Of a stretch of DNA of 64,000 nt, positions 37,919-46,920 are shown piece by piece. Position 1 is the first letter of the stretch. The number at the start of each line of letters is the position of its first letter. The notes below the pieces were generated by a model, which made no database searches, had not been told where the DNA came from, and worked only from the letters and a program-made list of their open reading frames with translations. The stretch covers positions 9,067 to 73,066 of the forward strand of contig JAYTHE010000043.1 in NCBI GenBank assembly GCA_043732705.1, in the 5' to 3' direction. The position numbers were made by a program, and so were the translations under genes. Source of the DNA: Candidatus Omnitrophota bacterium (GTDB taxonomy: Bacteria; Omnitrophota; Omnitrophia; Omnitrophales; Aquincolibacteriaceae).

Positions 37919-38857
37919 TCAATTTTTAAAGAGCGTGGTTTGGGCCGGTATTGCAGTTTCGGCTTTGATGGAAACTTCTATTGGCTGCTCAAAAAATCCG
38001 CGTTTTAACCAGCCGAGTCCAACCGTTTTTTTGTGGAACGGTGAATAGGCTCGGCTGGTCAAGCGCCCGATTTCTTCTCCGCTTTTCGGATCAATAATCG
38101 CAGACCCCGCCGCCGGTTGAGCCGAAGGCTCAGAGGCAGAATTATCAACCGCAGAGGATAAATTAAACATCAGTCCCACAAAGCTTCGGTTTAATCTTTT
38201 ATAAGTTTCGATTTTCGCGACAACTTCCTGCCCCGGATAACAGCCTTTTGTTTCGCTCGCGGATTTTTTTTCAAGCCGCGTTTCAGAAAGCATAATTGTC
38301 TCGTTAAAATCTTTTCCGAATTCTAAAATTCCGTTTTCAATCCGCAGAGTTTCACGTAGCGCTTCATCGCCACAGTTTTCACTTTTAAAAGTTACCGATG
38401 TTGATGGTGTGAGAGCCACGGCGCGCGGGCCGCGGTTTCCTTCGGGTTTATAAGTCATGGCTTGCGGCGCATTTACTCGGATCATTTTTTCTGCCGCAGG
38501 GCCCCAGATTTCGAATAAATTCCAATCTTTGCCTGCATCACGGATTTGAACGTCTTCGGTGATCAAGAATTTTTCAAGCAGCCCACAAATTTTGGAATTT
38601 GTCTCGGGTACGCTGAGAAGTAAAACCGAATCTGCAAGTTTCACGGCAAACATATAGGCCAGCACATGGCTTGTGGCGGAGAGCAGGGCCGTTTCGCGCC
38701 ATTCACCGGGGCGCATTGCCAGAATATCCTGTGACAAAATGTTGTGCAGGAAAACGGCATGGTCCGCGCCTGAGACTTGGATTTTAGCGCAGTCAGTACG
38801 GTCAAAAATTACAGCGCTTGTCCGCGCTTTTTCATAGAGCTCTAAATCAAGGTTCAT
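37919..38857 (-). CDS. GcvT-like folate-binding protein (YgfZ family)
   Basis: The N-terminus is aminomethyltransferase-like (AVIFDRTDCAKIQVSGADHAVFLHNILSQDI). There is a 4-nt overlap with mutY. Confidence 0.65.
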   Translation of the reverse strand: MNLDLELYEKARTSAVIFDRTDCAKIQVSGADHAVFLHNILSQDILAMRPGEWRETALLSATSHVLAYMFAVKLADSVLLLSVPETNSKICGLLEKFLITEDVQIRDAGKDWNLFEIWGPAAEKMIRVNAPQAMTYKPEGNRGPRAVALTPSTSVTFKSENCGDEALRETLRIENGILEFGKDFNETIMLSETRLEKKSASETKGCYPGQEVVAKIETYKRLNRSFVGLMFNLSSAVDNSASEPSAQPAAGSAIIDPKSGEEIGRLTSRAYSPFHKKTVGLGWLKRGFFEQPIEVSIKAETAIPAQTTLFKN

Positions 38858-39882
38858 AATATTTCATCCAGAATTTTCTGATAAACAGCGGGAAAAGTTG
38901 ATTTTTTAATTTCCGCGTGTGTCATCCATTGATAGCCCGGCTCTTTCACGGTATTTTCAAACGGGCTTTGGAAAGCAAATGTGCTCAAAGTAATTTGATA
39001 GCGTGTAAAACCGTGTTTGTCTGTGCGCAATTTTTTCAAATCAGTTTTTTTAATTTCAAAGTTTTTAAGGCCGGAGTTGAGGTTTTCAAAGTGCGGCAAG
39101 GTCCACAGGTCGGCCCAGCGTTCGCCGGCTTTTTGCTTTCTGACTAGCAGGCGTTTCTTTTTATCGCGCAGCACAAAAGCAAAATGTTTCAGTTTGGTTG
39201 TTTTGACGGCTTGTGACTTCACGGGAAAACTTTCCTGTTTCCCCAAGCGGAAGGCTTCGCATAAATTGGAGACGGGGCATTTTTCGCAATCTGGACTGCG
39301 CGGAAAACAAACTGTTGCGCCCAGCTCCATGAGCGCCTGATTAAAATCGCCAGTTTGTTTTTCGGGAAGAATTTTTTCAGCGATTTCCCAAAGGCGGGCG
39401 ATTGTTTTTTTATCGGAAACATTTTCTGAAATTGCAAACAAGCGCGTTAAGATTCGGATGACATTGCCGTCGAGCAGCGGAACTTTTCGATTGAAGGCAA
39501 TGCTGCCTACCGCGCCGGCGGTGTAACGGCCGATGCCGGGAAGCGCGAGGAGCTCTTCGGCGCTTTCAGGAAGTTTTCCATTATGCTGCGCGCAAACAGC
39601 CTGAGCGTTACGGTGCAGCATTTTCGCGCGGCGGTAATACCCCAGGCCTTGCCAGAATTTTAAAACCTCCGGCTCTTTCGCGGCGGCCAGCGTTTTAAAA
39701 TCGGGAAAGCGTTTAAGCCAGCGTTCATAATAGGGAATGACCGTATCAACCCGGGTTTGCTGCAGCATGATTTCAGAAACCAGGATTTTGTAAGAGTCGG
39801 AGGTTCTGCGCCAAGGCAAATCGCGTTTGGATATTTGATACCAGGCGGAAAGCTGCTTTTGAAATTTTGCGATGCTCTTCAT
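38854..39882 (-). CDS. mutY: A/G-specific adenine DNA glycosylase
   Basis: The HhH-GPD region EIMLQQTRVDTVIPYYERWLKRFP is present, with a four-Cys cluster CFPRSPDCEKCPVSNLC and a C-terminal Nudix-like domain. Confidence 0.9.
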   Translation of the reverse strand: MKSIAKFQKQLSAWYQISKRDLPWRRTSDSYKILVSEIMLQQTRVDTVIPYYERWLKRFPDFKTLAAAKEPEVLKFWQGLGYYRRAKMLHRNAQAVCAQHNGKLPESAEELLALPGIGRYTAGAVGSIAFNRKVPLLDGNVIRILTRLFAISENVSDKKTIARLWEIAEKILPEKQTGDFNQALMELGATVCFPRSPDCEKCPVSNLCEAFRLGKQESFPVKSQAVKTTKLKHFAFVLRDKKKRLLVRKQKAGERWADLWTLPHFENLNSGLKNFEIKKTDLKKLRTDKHGFTRYQITLSTFAFQSPFENTVKEPGYQWMTHAEIKKSTFPAVYQKILDEIL

Positions 39883-39948
39883 GATTTGTCATTATAATAC
39901 GGGATCAGCGTCGCACAGCAGCAAATGGATTAATTTTTAAAGGGCAAT

Positions 39949-40371
39949 ATGCCGGCCGAATCTGTAAAAAAGAAATTTAAGCTTTCCGGCGCGGCCCTCG
40001 CCGTGGCCGCTGTCGTGCTTTTTATTGTCTTCGAACTGTTTTCCGGAATTTCGCCTTCCGCGGTCAGAGTATTGGACGCGCGCGTTACTTTCAAGTTCAC
40101 GGCTTATCACGATAAAGACCAGTATTTTATTTCCTACTCGCTTGAAAACACCAAAAAAACGAAGGCTAAGGCGGTTGTCCGCGTCCAGCTGGGAGAAACT
40201 AGTTTGGGTGGACGGGTTTTTCATGGGGTTCAGGCCCAGAACGACAATGCGGTGCTGGAACCGCTTGAAACCAAAGCTTTTGTTTTGCAAATGGATGTTC
40301 CTAAGAAAGCGCATGACAAGGAACGGGAGCTGGATGTGCGCGCCAAAGTGAAACGCGTCAGCCGATTTTAA
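39949..40371 (+). CDS. hypothetical membrane-anchored protein
   Basis: There is an N-terminal TM segment (AALAVAAVVLFIVFELF). I see no recognisable domain. Confidence 0.4.
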   Translation: MPAESVKKKFKLSGAALAVAAVVLFIVFELFSGISPSAVRVLDARVTFKFTAYHDKDQYFISYSLENTKKTKAKAVVRVQLGETSLGGRVFHGVQAQNDNAVLEPLETKAFVLQMDVPKKAHDKERELDVRAKVKRVSRF

Positions 40372-40376
40372 AATGC

Positions 40377-40510
40377 CGATAAAAGCTCATCTGCTGCGTT
40401 GCAGATTTCCGCGAGTTGATTTATCAAATCGCCAAACGATTTCGCTTGTGCGGCGTATTACCGTATACGCCTCCGCGGGCGCTCATCTGCGTCTTGCAGC
40501 TAAACTTTTC
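40377..40510 (+). repeat. family-3 conserved leader element, copy 1
   Basis: The sequence is tcatctgctgcgtt..cttgtgcggcgtattaccgtatacgcctccgcgggcgct..cttgcagctaaac. It is about 85% identical to 42653-42750. Confidence 0.55.
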
Positions 40511-40529
40511 TCGGCATTTTATGCAGGCA

Positions 40530-41086
40530 GCATGTTGGTCATTTTATCAAGCTGCACGGCGATTTATGGCTGGAATATTCACGCGCCCGGAATTCTTTCC
40601 GCCGAATTCGCGCAGGATGTGCCGCAATCGCCGCATCGTGTTGCGCTTTATGTTCCCGAAGGCCAAAAGGAAATTGTTTCAAAAGACAAAGGGACGCGCC
40701 TTTCTGATCCGCAGGCCTATTATCTCGGTGAAGCTTTTGTGCCGATGCTGATCGAATCTTTTCAAAGCGGCTTCAAAGAGTTTGTACTTATGGAAGCCGT
40801 CCCCACGCCTGAAATCATGCGGCAATATGGAATCGAGACTCTCGCGGTTTGTGAAATCAAAGATTTTAAAAACCGTAAAACCATGAAAAGCCAGGGGCTG
40901 GACATTTACACCGACACGACTTTGTTTAATCCCGATTTAAAACTTGTACGCCGGTTTGAAGCGCGCGGTACAAGCGAAGCACCCGGAACTTTCGCCAAAA
41001 AGGGCGGCTTGGAAGTGAATTTGAATGCCGCGATGGAAGGCAACCTCAGGGAAATTGTGATGCAAGTTCAGGAAGCTTTGAAATGA
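40530..41086 (+). CDS. hypothetical lipoprotein
   Basis: The lipobox is MLVILSSC. The ORF-track start at 40373 would translate the upstream repeat, so I prefer ATG about 40530. Confidence 0.45.
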
Positions 41087-41718
41087 CCATGGACTATAGA
41101 CTATGGACAATCGACAAATGGAAGGTCTGTTGTCTATGGTCGATAGTCTATTGTCTCAGCGGCGGTTTATCGCTGAGCGCGAATGAAGTTTTGAATTCGC
41201 GGGAAATTAAAATGCCGGAACGCGGCGCGCAAGTGATGGTGCGCGAAAATTCAAAAACGGGTACGCCTTATATTGTGCTGAGCGACCCGCTGAATCCGCG
41301 TAAAGATTTGGCGTTGCTTGATTCCAATAAGTATCGCCGTCCGGATTACCGCATGCTACAAAAAGGTGTGAATGCCAAAGACGTGAATTATGACGGGCCG
41401 TACAGCTCCAAGAAAAAAATTTATATTCTTGCCGCAACCCTTGCAACTGCCGGAGCCACGGCGGCCGTGGTCGGGCCGGCGTTATTTCCGGCTGCCGCGG
41501 CAACGGGAGCTGTGGGCAGCGCGGCCGGCCCCGCGATTGCGGCGGGCGTGGGCGGCAGTGCTTTAGCGGCAGCGGCGAATGCTTATCAAGAGCATTACAA
41601 GAATCTGCCTGATGATTACAATCGTGAGTCTGAATCAAAGATTATTGAGACCGAAACCGATTTTTACAAAATGCATGTTGCAAAGGTGAAGAGCACACCT
41701 TTGCAAGGCCAAAACTAA
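41083..41718 (+). CDS. hypothetical protein with an Ala/Gly-rich central region
   Basis: It overlaps the previous stop by 4 nt. I see no recognisable domain. Confidence 0.35.
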   Translation: MTMDYRLWTIDKWKVCCLWSIVYCLSGGLSLSANEVLNSREIKMPERGAQVMVRENSKTGTPYIVLSDPLNPRKDLALLDSNKYRRPDYRMLQKGVNAKDVNYDGPYSSKKKIYILAATLATAGATAAVVGPALFPAAAATGAVGSAAGPAIAAGVGGSALAAAANAYQEHYKNLPDDYNRESESKIIETETDFYKMHVAKVKSTPLQGQN

Positions 41719-41800
41719 AATCTTAAAGCTTAAAACTATAACTTAAAGCCCAAAGCTGTTCGGTCAGTTTTGAGCTTTGACCTTTAACCTTTGAGTTCGC
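41719..41800. repeat. family-2 AT-rich palindromic element, copy b
   Basis: The sequence is aagcttaaaactataacttaaagcccaaagctgttcggtcagttttgagctttgacctttaacc. Confidence 0.55.
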
Positions 41801-41810
41801 CGGAGTCGTG

Positions 41811-42641
41811 ATGCCCGAACTGCCTGAAGTTGAAACTGTCAGAAAAGATTTGATCCGCTTGGGTTTGCCGGGACACGTGATTCAAAGCGCGGATTTATTT
41901 TGGCATCGCACGCTTGCGGTCCCGTCCTTGAAAGAGTTTCAGGAAAAAATTGCCGGGGCAAAAATCAAAGACCTCGCAAGGCGCGGCAAGTATCTCATTT
42001 TCAATTTAGACAAAGGATGCCTCATTATGCATTTGCGGATGAGCGGGCGTATTGATTTTAAAACCAAACCTTTTGATCCGCGCGTGCATGACCGGGCACG
42101 GCTGGTATTCTCGGATGGCGCGCAATTGCTTTTTCACGATACGCGCAAATTCGGCCGCTGGTATTTTACGGATGATGCCGAGAAGATTGTCGGCAAGCTC
42201 GGTATTGAGCCGATGGATAAAAAATTTACCGCGGCTTGGCTGGCGGGAAAATTGAAAAATAAAAAGCGCACGTTAAAGCCGCTGCTTTTGGACCAAACTT
42301 TGGTGGCGGGTATCGGTAATATTTATGCTGACGAAGCGCTGTGGTACGCGAAGCTCAATCCCACGATTAATTCTTCGCGGCTAAATGACGCGGAAATTCA
42401 AGCTTTGCACGCGGGGATTGTCAAAGCGATTTCAGCTGGAATAAAAAATGCAGGAACTTCCATGGGCGAGGGCAAAGCGAACTTCTACAGCGTCGGCGGC
42501 AAACGCGGCAGCAACCAGGAAGCCCTCAAAGTTTTCCGCAGAACAGGCGAGCCATGCCCGGCCTGTCGTGTTAGAATCGAGCGCATCATTGTTGGCCAAC
42601 GCAGTACGCATTTCTGTCCATCATGTCAGAAAAACCGATAA
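41811..42641 (+). CDS. mutM: formamidopyrimidine-DNA glycosylase
   Basis: The N-terminus is MPELPEVETV and the zinc finger is CPACRVRIERIIVGQRSTHFCPSCQ. Confidence 0.9.
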   Translation: MPELPEVETVRKDLIRLGLPGHVIQSADLFWHRTLAVPSLKEFQEKIAGAKIKDLARRGKYLIFNLDKGCLIMHLRMSGRIDFKTKPFDPRVHDRARLVFSDGAQLLFHDTRKFGRWYFTDDAEKIVGKLGIEPMDKKFTAAWLAGKLKNKKRTLKPLLLDQTLVAGIGNIYADEALWYAKLNPTINSSRLNDAEIQALHAGIVKAISAGIKNAGTSMGEGKANFYSVGGKRGSNQEALKVFRRTGEPCPACRVRIERIIVGQRSTHFCPSCQKNR

Positions 42642-42652
42642 AAAAATTCATC

Positions 42653-42750
42653 TGCTGCGTTATGCGCTGCGCTTTCTTGTGCGGCGTATTACCGCATACG
42701 CCTCCGCGGGCGCTTGCGCAAGCCTTGCAGCTGAAGCTTTTTTAGCGGTT
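42653..42750 (+). repeat. family-3 conserved leader element, copy 2
   Basis: The sequence is tcatctgctgcgtt..cttgtgcggcgtattaccgcatacgcctccgcgggcgcttgcgcaagccttgcagctgaagc. It contains the palindrome GCTTGCGCAAGC. Confidence 0.55.
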
Positions 42751-42769
42751 TTTAAATACAAGGATCAAA

Positions 42770-43189
42770 ATGGAAGCTCAATATAAAACCGCAAGAACGC
42801 TGACAATCGCTATGATTGCCGCTGTTTTTCTTTACGGCGCAATTGCTTTTGTATTGAAAGGCCAGGGTTATGGGGCGACTTCCGAAGGTAAAATGAATTT
42901 TATGCGGATGATCGTCGCTTTCGTGGTGATTGTTCAAATTATGCTGGCTTTTGCGATGCATAAAATGATGGGCGCCTTAACGGACAAAAAGCGCTTGGTT
43001 ACGTTTCAAATCATGATTAATGCTTTTTGCGAGGCGGTCGCTTTATTTGGGCTTGTTCTTTTTTTTATCAGCAAAAATTTTATGGATTACGCGGTTTTTG
43101 CCGTAATTTCACTCGGCGCCTTTGCTTGTTTCTTTCCGCGTCGTGAAAAATGGATTACAGATTCTGTCAATCCGAACAGGGGAATTTAA
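42770..43189 (+). CDS. hypothetical membrane protein (4 TM)
   Basis: There are hydrophobic helices. It lies directly downstream of family-3 copy 2. Confidence 0.4.
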   Translation: MEAQYKTARTLTIAMIAAVFLYGAIAFVLKGQGYGATSEGKMNFMRMIVAFVVIVQIMLAFAMHKMMGALTDKKRLVTFQIMINAFCEAVALFGLVLFFISKNFMDYAVFAVISLGAFACFFPRREKWITDSVNPNRGI

Positions 43190-43507
43190 ATGACTGAAAT
43201 TATTGTCTTGGCCCATGCGCGTTCGAAAAACGGCAGGGAAGTTGAACTTGAAAAAACAGTGCGCGCGGCGATTAAGCCGACGCATGCCGAAGCAGGCTGT
43301 TTGAAATATGCTTTTCATCAATCCGTTGCTGACAAGCAGACATTCGTGATGATTGAAAAATGGGCTTCTCAGGAAGCGCTTGACCAGCATTTAAAGGCGT
43401 CGCATATTGTGGAGCTATTTAAAAAATTGCCTGATTTGCTACAGAGGCCCATGCAAATTCAAATTTATAAAGCTCTCCTCGACGGCTCTCCCGAAAAACT
43501 ACTTTAG
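43190..43507 (+). CDS. ABM-domain (antibiotic biosynthesis monooxygenase-like) protein
   Basis: The sequence is IIVLAHARSKNGREVELEKTV..FVMIEKWASQEALDQHLKASH. It is about 105 aa with a ferredoxin-like ABM pattern. Confidence 0.7.
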   Translation: MTEIIVLAHARSKNGREVELEKTVRAAIKPTHAEAGCLKYAFHQSVADKQTFVMIEKWASQEALDQHLKASHIVELFKKLPDLLQRPMQIQIYKALLDGSPEKLL

Positions 43508-43625
43508 TAACTAAAAATTTAAATCTAAAAGCTCAAAGCTATAACGCAGAATATAAAATGTTCGAAACGATTTTAAGTCTTGCGCCATAGTTTTGGCCTT
43601 TTAGCTATTAGCTTTAACCTAGGAA
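43508..43625. repeat. family-2 AT-rich palindromic element, copy c
   Basis: The sequence is aaaagctcaaagctataacgcagaatataaaatgttcgaaacgattttaagtcttgcgccatagttttggccttttagctattagctttaacc. Confidence 0.5.
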
Positions 43626-43628
43626 TAT

Positions 43629-45557
43629 ATGGCTCTCATTAGTCTGCAAGGTGTCTCGCTCGCATTTGGAGGCCCCAAACTTTTCGATGAAATGACGCTT
43701 CAAATCGAGCTCGGCGAGCGCGTCGCATTACTCGGCCGCAACGGCACGGGCAAAACCACTTTGATGCGCGTGATCGCGAAAGAAATTTCTCTGAATGAAG
43801 GTAATATCATTTATCAAAAGGGAATTAGTGTTGCTTATTTGCCGCAAGAAGTGCCGGTGGATTTGAAAGGGACTGTCTTTGATGTCGTGCTGTCCGGTTT
43901 GGGCGAGCAGGTGAAACTTGTAAAAGATTATCATCATGTCGCGCATGCGCTTGAAACTGAATACACTGAGCAGCTGATGAAGCGCCTAGATACCTTACAG
44001 TCCGAAATGGACCGCACCAACGGCTGGGAAATTAATCAACAGGTTGAACAGGTTGTGGCCCAGCTCCGGCTTGACCCCGAAAGCGATTTTGGAACTTTGT
44101 CCGGAGGTCAAAAGCGTCGAGCTCTTTTAGCAAGAGCGTTAGTCTTAAAGCCCGATTGTTTACTTTTGGATGAGCCGACCAACCACTTAGATATTGAGTC
44201 TATCGATTGGCTTGAAGCCTTTCTTAAGGAGTTTAAGGGGACGATTATTTTTGTGACCCATGACCGTATGTTTATGAATCGGCTCGCGACCACGATCGTG
44301 GAGCTTGATCGCGGCAAGCTTTTCAGCTGGTCTTGCGATTATCAAACATTTTTAGAGCGCAAACAAATGGCGCTTGATGCCGAAGCGGCCGAGGGCGCAC
44401 GCTTTGACAAGAAACTAGCGCAGGAAGAAGTTTGGATTCGTCAGGGGATTAAAGCCCGTCGAACTCGCAATGAAGGCCGCGTGCGCGAACTTGAAAAGCT
44501 GCGGCTGCAAAAAAAAGCTCAACGTAAGCACATTGGCAAAGTCAAAATGCAGGCGCAGGAAGCGGACGTTTCGGGCCAGGCTGTGACCAAGGCCGACCAT
44601 ATTTATCAGGCCTATGGCGATAAAAATTTGATCGAAAATTTTTCAACGCGGATTATGCGCGGCGACAAAATCGGAATCATTGGCGCGAACGGCAGCGGCA
44701 AGACGACTTTGCTTAAAATTTTATTGGGACAGCTTCAGCCGCAAAAAGGCACCGTGCATTTGGGAACGAATTTGCAAATCGCCTATTACGATCAGCTGCG
44801 CGAAGAACTTGACGGCGAAAAAACCGTAATGCAGAACGTCGCAGACGAAGGCGATTTTGTGACGATTAACGGCAAGCCGCGCCATGCGATGGGCTATTTG
44901 ATGGATTTTTTATTTTCGCCCGACCGCGCGCGCACCCCCGCGAAAGTTTTATCAGGTGGTGAACGCAACCGTCTTTTCCTGGCCCGTCTTTTTACCAAAC
45001 CCTGCAATGTGCTTGTGATGGATGAACCAACCAATGACCTTGATATTGAAACGTTGGAATTGCTCGAAGAGCTGATCATTGAATATTCCGGGACTGTGAT
45101 TGTTGTGAGCCATGACCGCGAATTTTTAAATAAAGTCGTGACGTCAACGATTGTGCTCGACGGCAAAGGCAAAATCGAAGAATACATCGGCGGTTATGAC
45201 GACTGGGTTGTGCAGCACAATGCGAAAAAGGCTACGGTTCAGGAAGAGCTGGAAAGAGAAGAAGAAAAAGAGCCTCCGAAAAAAGAAGCCGAACAGAAGC
45301 CCGTAAAAGAAGCTCCCGCGAAAAAGAAGCTGACTATGGCGGAAAAGCTGGAGCTCGAAAAACTTCCGGCACAAATCGAAAAGCTCGAAGCCGAGCAAAA
45401 AGAAATTTATTTAAAAATGGCTTATCCTATTTTCCGCCATGGGAAACCCGAAGAGATTAAAGAAACTACGGACCGGCTTAAGAAAATTGAAAAAGAATTG
45501 CTGCCGGAGGCCTATGCTCGCTGGGAAGCGTTAGAAGCGCTGAAGAAGTCTCTCTAA
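43629..45557 (+). CDS. ABC-F family ATPase (Uup/EttA-like; two ABC domains and a charged C-terminal tail)
   Basis: There are two Walker A sites (GRNGTGKTT, GANGSGKTT) and two signatures (LSGGQKRR, LSGGERNRL). There is no TM segment. Confidence 0.85.
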   Translation: MALISLQGVSLAFGGPKLFDEMTLQIELGERVALLGRNGTGKTTLMRVIAKEISLNEGNIIYQKGISVAYLPQEVPVDLKGTVFDVVLSGLGEQVKLVKDYHHVAHALETEYTEQLMKRLDTLQSEMDRTNGWEINQQVEQVVAQLRLDPESDFGTLSGGQKRRALLARALVLKPDCLLLDEPTNHLDIESIDWLEAFLKEFKGTIIFVTHDRMFMNRLATTIVELDRGKLFSWSCDYQTFLERKQMALDAEAAEGARFDKKLAQEEVWIRQGIKARRTRNEGRVRELEKLRLQKKAQRKHIGKVKMQAQEADVSGQAVTKADHIYQAYGDKNLIENFSTRIMRGDKIGIIGANGSGKTTLLKILLGQLQPQKGTVHLGTNLQIAYYDQLREELDGEKTVMQNVADEGDFVTINGKPRHAMGYLMDFLFSPDRARTPAKVLSGGERNRLFLARLFTKPCNVLVMDEPTNDLDIETLELLEELIIEYSGTVIVVSHDREFLNKVVTSTIVLDGKGKIEEYIGGYDDWVVQHNAKKATVQEELEREEEKEPPKKEAEQKPVKEAPAKKKLTMAEKLELEKLPAQIEKLEAEQKEIYLKMAYPIFRHGKPEEIKETTDRLKKIEKELLPEAYARWEALEALKKSL

Positions 45558-45595
45558 ACTCGCAAGCTGCGGCAGAAGCAAAAAGAAACAATCAG

Positions 45596-45815
45596 AGGGC
45601 TCAAACAGTCCTCGGCTTCGCCTGCGGAACTCGCCCTCTTATTATTTCTTTTTACTTTTCAGCCAAAGTGGGGTGGAGGCAAGAAGCAGAGAAGCAAAGT
45701 GCGCTGCTAAGTAATTTGAAATGCTGCCTGCGTTATGCCTGCCGTAGGTCTCAAGGCTTTCTAAGTAGCTTCCTGTCATATCTTCTTTTGGTTCTGCAAA
45801 GCAGTGCCAAAAGAA
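45596..45815 (+). repeat. family-1 modular intergenic element, copy C
   Basis: The blocks are gctcaaacagtcctcggcttcgcctgcggaactcg (H2), gtggggtggaggcaagaagcagagaagcaaag (B) and agtagcttcctgtcatatcttc plus hairpin TTTTGGttctgcaaagcagtgCCAAAA (C). Confidence 0.6.
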
Positions 45816-45875
45816 AAGTTGTAGAAATATTGCAGCTTATGCGGTTGAGCGAAGCTCAGAGCGTAAATATTACAG

Positions 45876-46619
45876 TCACAGTGAGCGCAGGTATTTTTCG
45901 TAAGCGGTGCCGATCATATTTGAAGTAACCGCGTAAGTTTCTTCGCCGACGACCTGCCCGGCGCTGATCATGCCGAGTAAATTGCCGTTGCCGTCGAGGA
46001 TGGGCGAGCCGCTGTCTCCGTGATAGGCCTTGAAGTTAATTTGCAGCGATGTGACACGCATGGCTCCGTCAATCTTTTCAAAACCAAGCGCGCTGATTTT
46101 TCCGCCTGTGAGCGTTCCTTTAATCCACTGCGCGCGTCCCATCGCGTAAACATCCATGCCCACCGGCGCGGCGTCAGAATTTGCGAATCGAATGGTGTCG
46201 AGCGCGAACGGCGGAGTGACCGAAATAAAAGCCGTATCTTGTCCGGCTACTTGATGCAGAATTTTTGCAGGCAATTTGGTTCCGTCAAAAAGTGTGACGG
46301 TGATATTTTTTTTGTTCTTGAGTGTATGGGCTGCAGTGACAATGACTCCGTTTGAGCTGAGAACAATTCCTCCGCCGATTTGAACGGCCGCAACGCGGTG
46401 CATTCTCTGAATGACTAAAATTCTGCCGGTGGCGGGATCCCGCACGGCCTGTGGTTTGCCGTCCTTATAAATCGCGGCGTCAATAGCTTCAATGCTGACG
46501 ACGGCTTTGCCTTTTTGAATGACTTGATGCAGGGGAGATTCCTGCGACTCCTCCGCAAATGAAGAAGCTGCAAAAAACACGCATAAAAGAAAGACGGATA
46601 CAAACCTGTTTATTTTCAT
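45876..46619 (-). CDS. secreted trypsin-like serine protease (S1 family, no PDZ)
   Basis: There is a signal peptide. The catalytic motifs are TAAHTL (His), an Asp, and GDSGSPIL (Ser). Confidence 0.8.
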   Translation of the reverse strand: MKINRFVSVFLLCVFFAASSFAEESQESPLHQVIQKGKAVVSIEAIDAAIYKDGKPQAVRDPATGRILVIQRMHRVAAVQIGGGIVLSSNGVIVTAAHTLKNKKNITVTLFDGTKLPAKILHQVAGQDTAFISVTPPFALDTIRFANSDAAPVGMDVYAMGRAQWIKGTLTGGKISALGFEKIDGAMRVTSLQINFKAYHGDSGSPILDGNGNLLGMISAGQVVGEETYAVTSNMIGTAYEKYLRSL

Positions 46620-46670
46620 CGGCCTATTCTATACTTTTACCGCATCAAAAAACATTCACCTATAGCCAAT

Positions 46671-46898
46671 ATGCCCAATCAATCTGAAAAAGATCCATTA
46701 CACGGCGTAACGCTTGAGCAAATTCTGGAAAAGCTCGTCGCGCATTACGGCTGGGAAGAACTGGGTAAGTTTGTGAAGATTAATAGTTTTCGCTTTGACC
46801 CGAGCATCACTTCAAGCCTGCGTTTTCTGCGTAAGACGCCTTGGGCCCGCAAACAGGTCGAAGAGCTTTATATCGTGTCCCTACCGGACATGGTTTGA
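46671..46898 (+). CDS. DUF2132 (VF530-like) small protein
   Basis: The sequence is [33 protein letters not shown]. Confidence 0.55.
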   Translation: MPNQSEKDPLHGVTLEQILEKLVAHYGWEELGKFVKINSFRFDPSITSSLRFLRKTPWARKQVEELYIVSLPDMV

Positions 46899-46920
46899 TT
46901 TATTTTTGGAAAAATTGAAG

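Noticed and set aside
40373-40529. Annotated N-terminal extension of the lipoprotein gene (start 40373), and the ORFs 40416-40751 and 42448-42786
   Set aside because: These frames run through the family-3 repeat element, which is conserved at the nucleotide level in a second intergenic copy. The lipobox start at about 40530 is more plausible.
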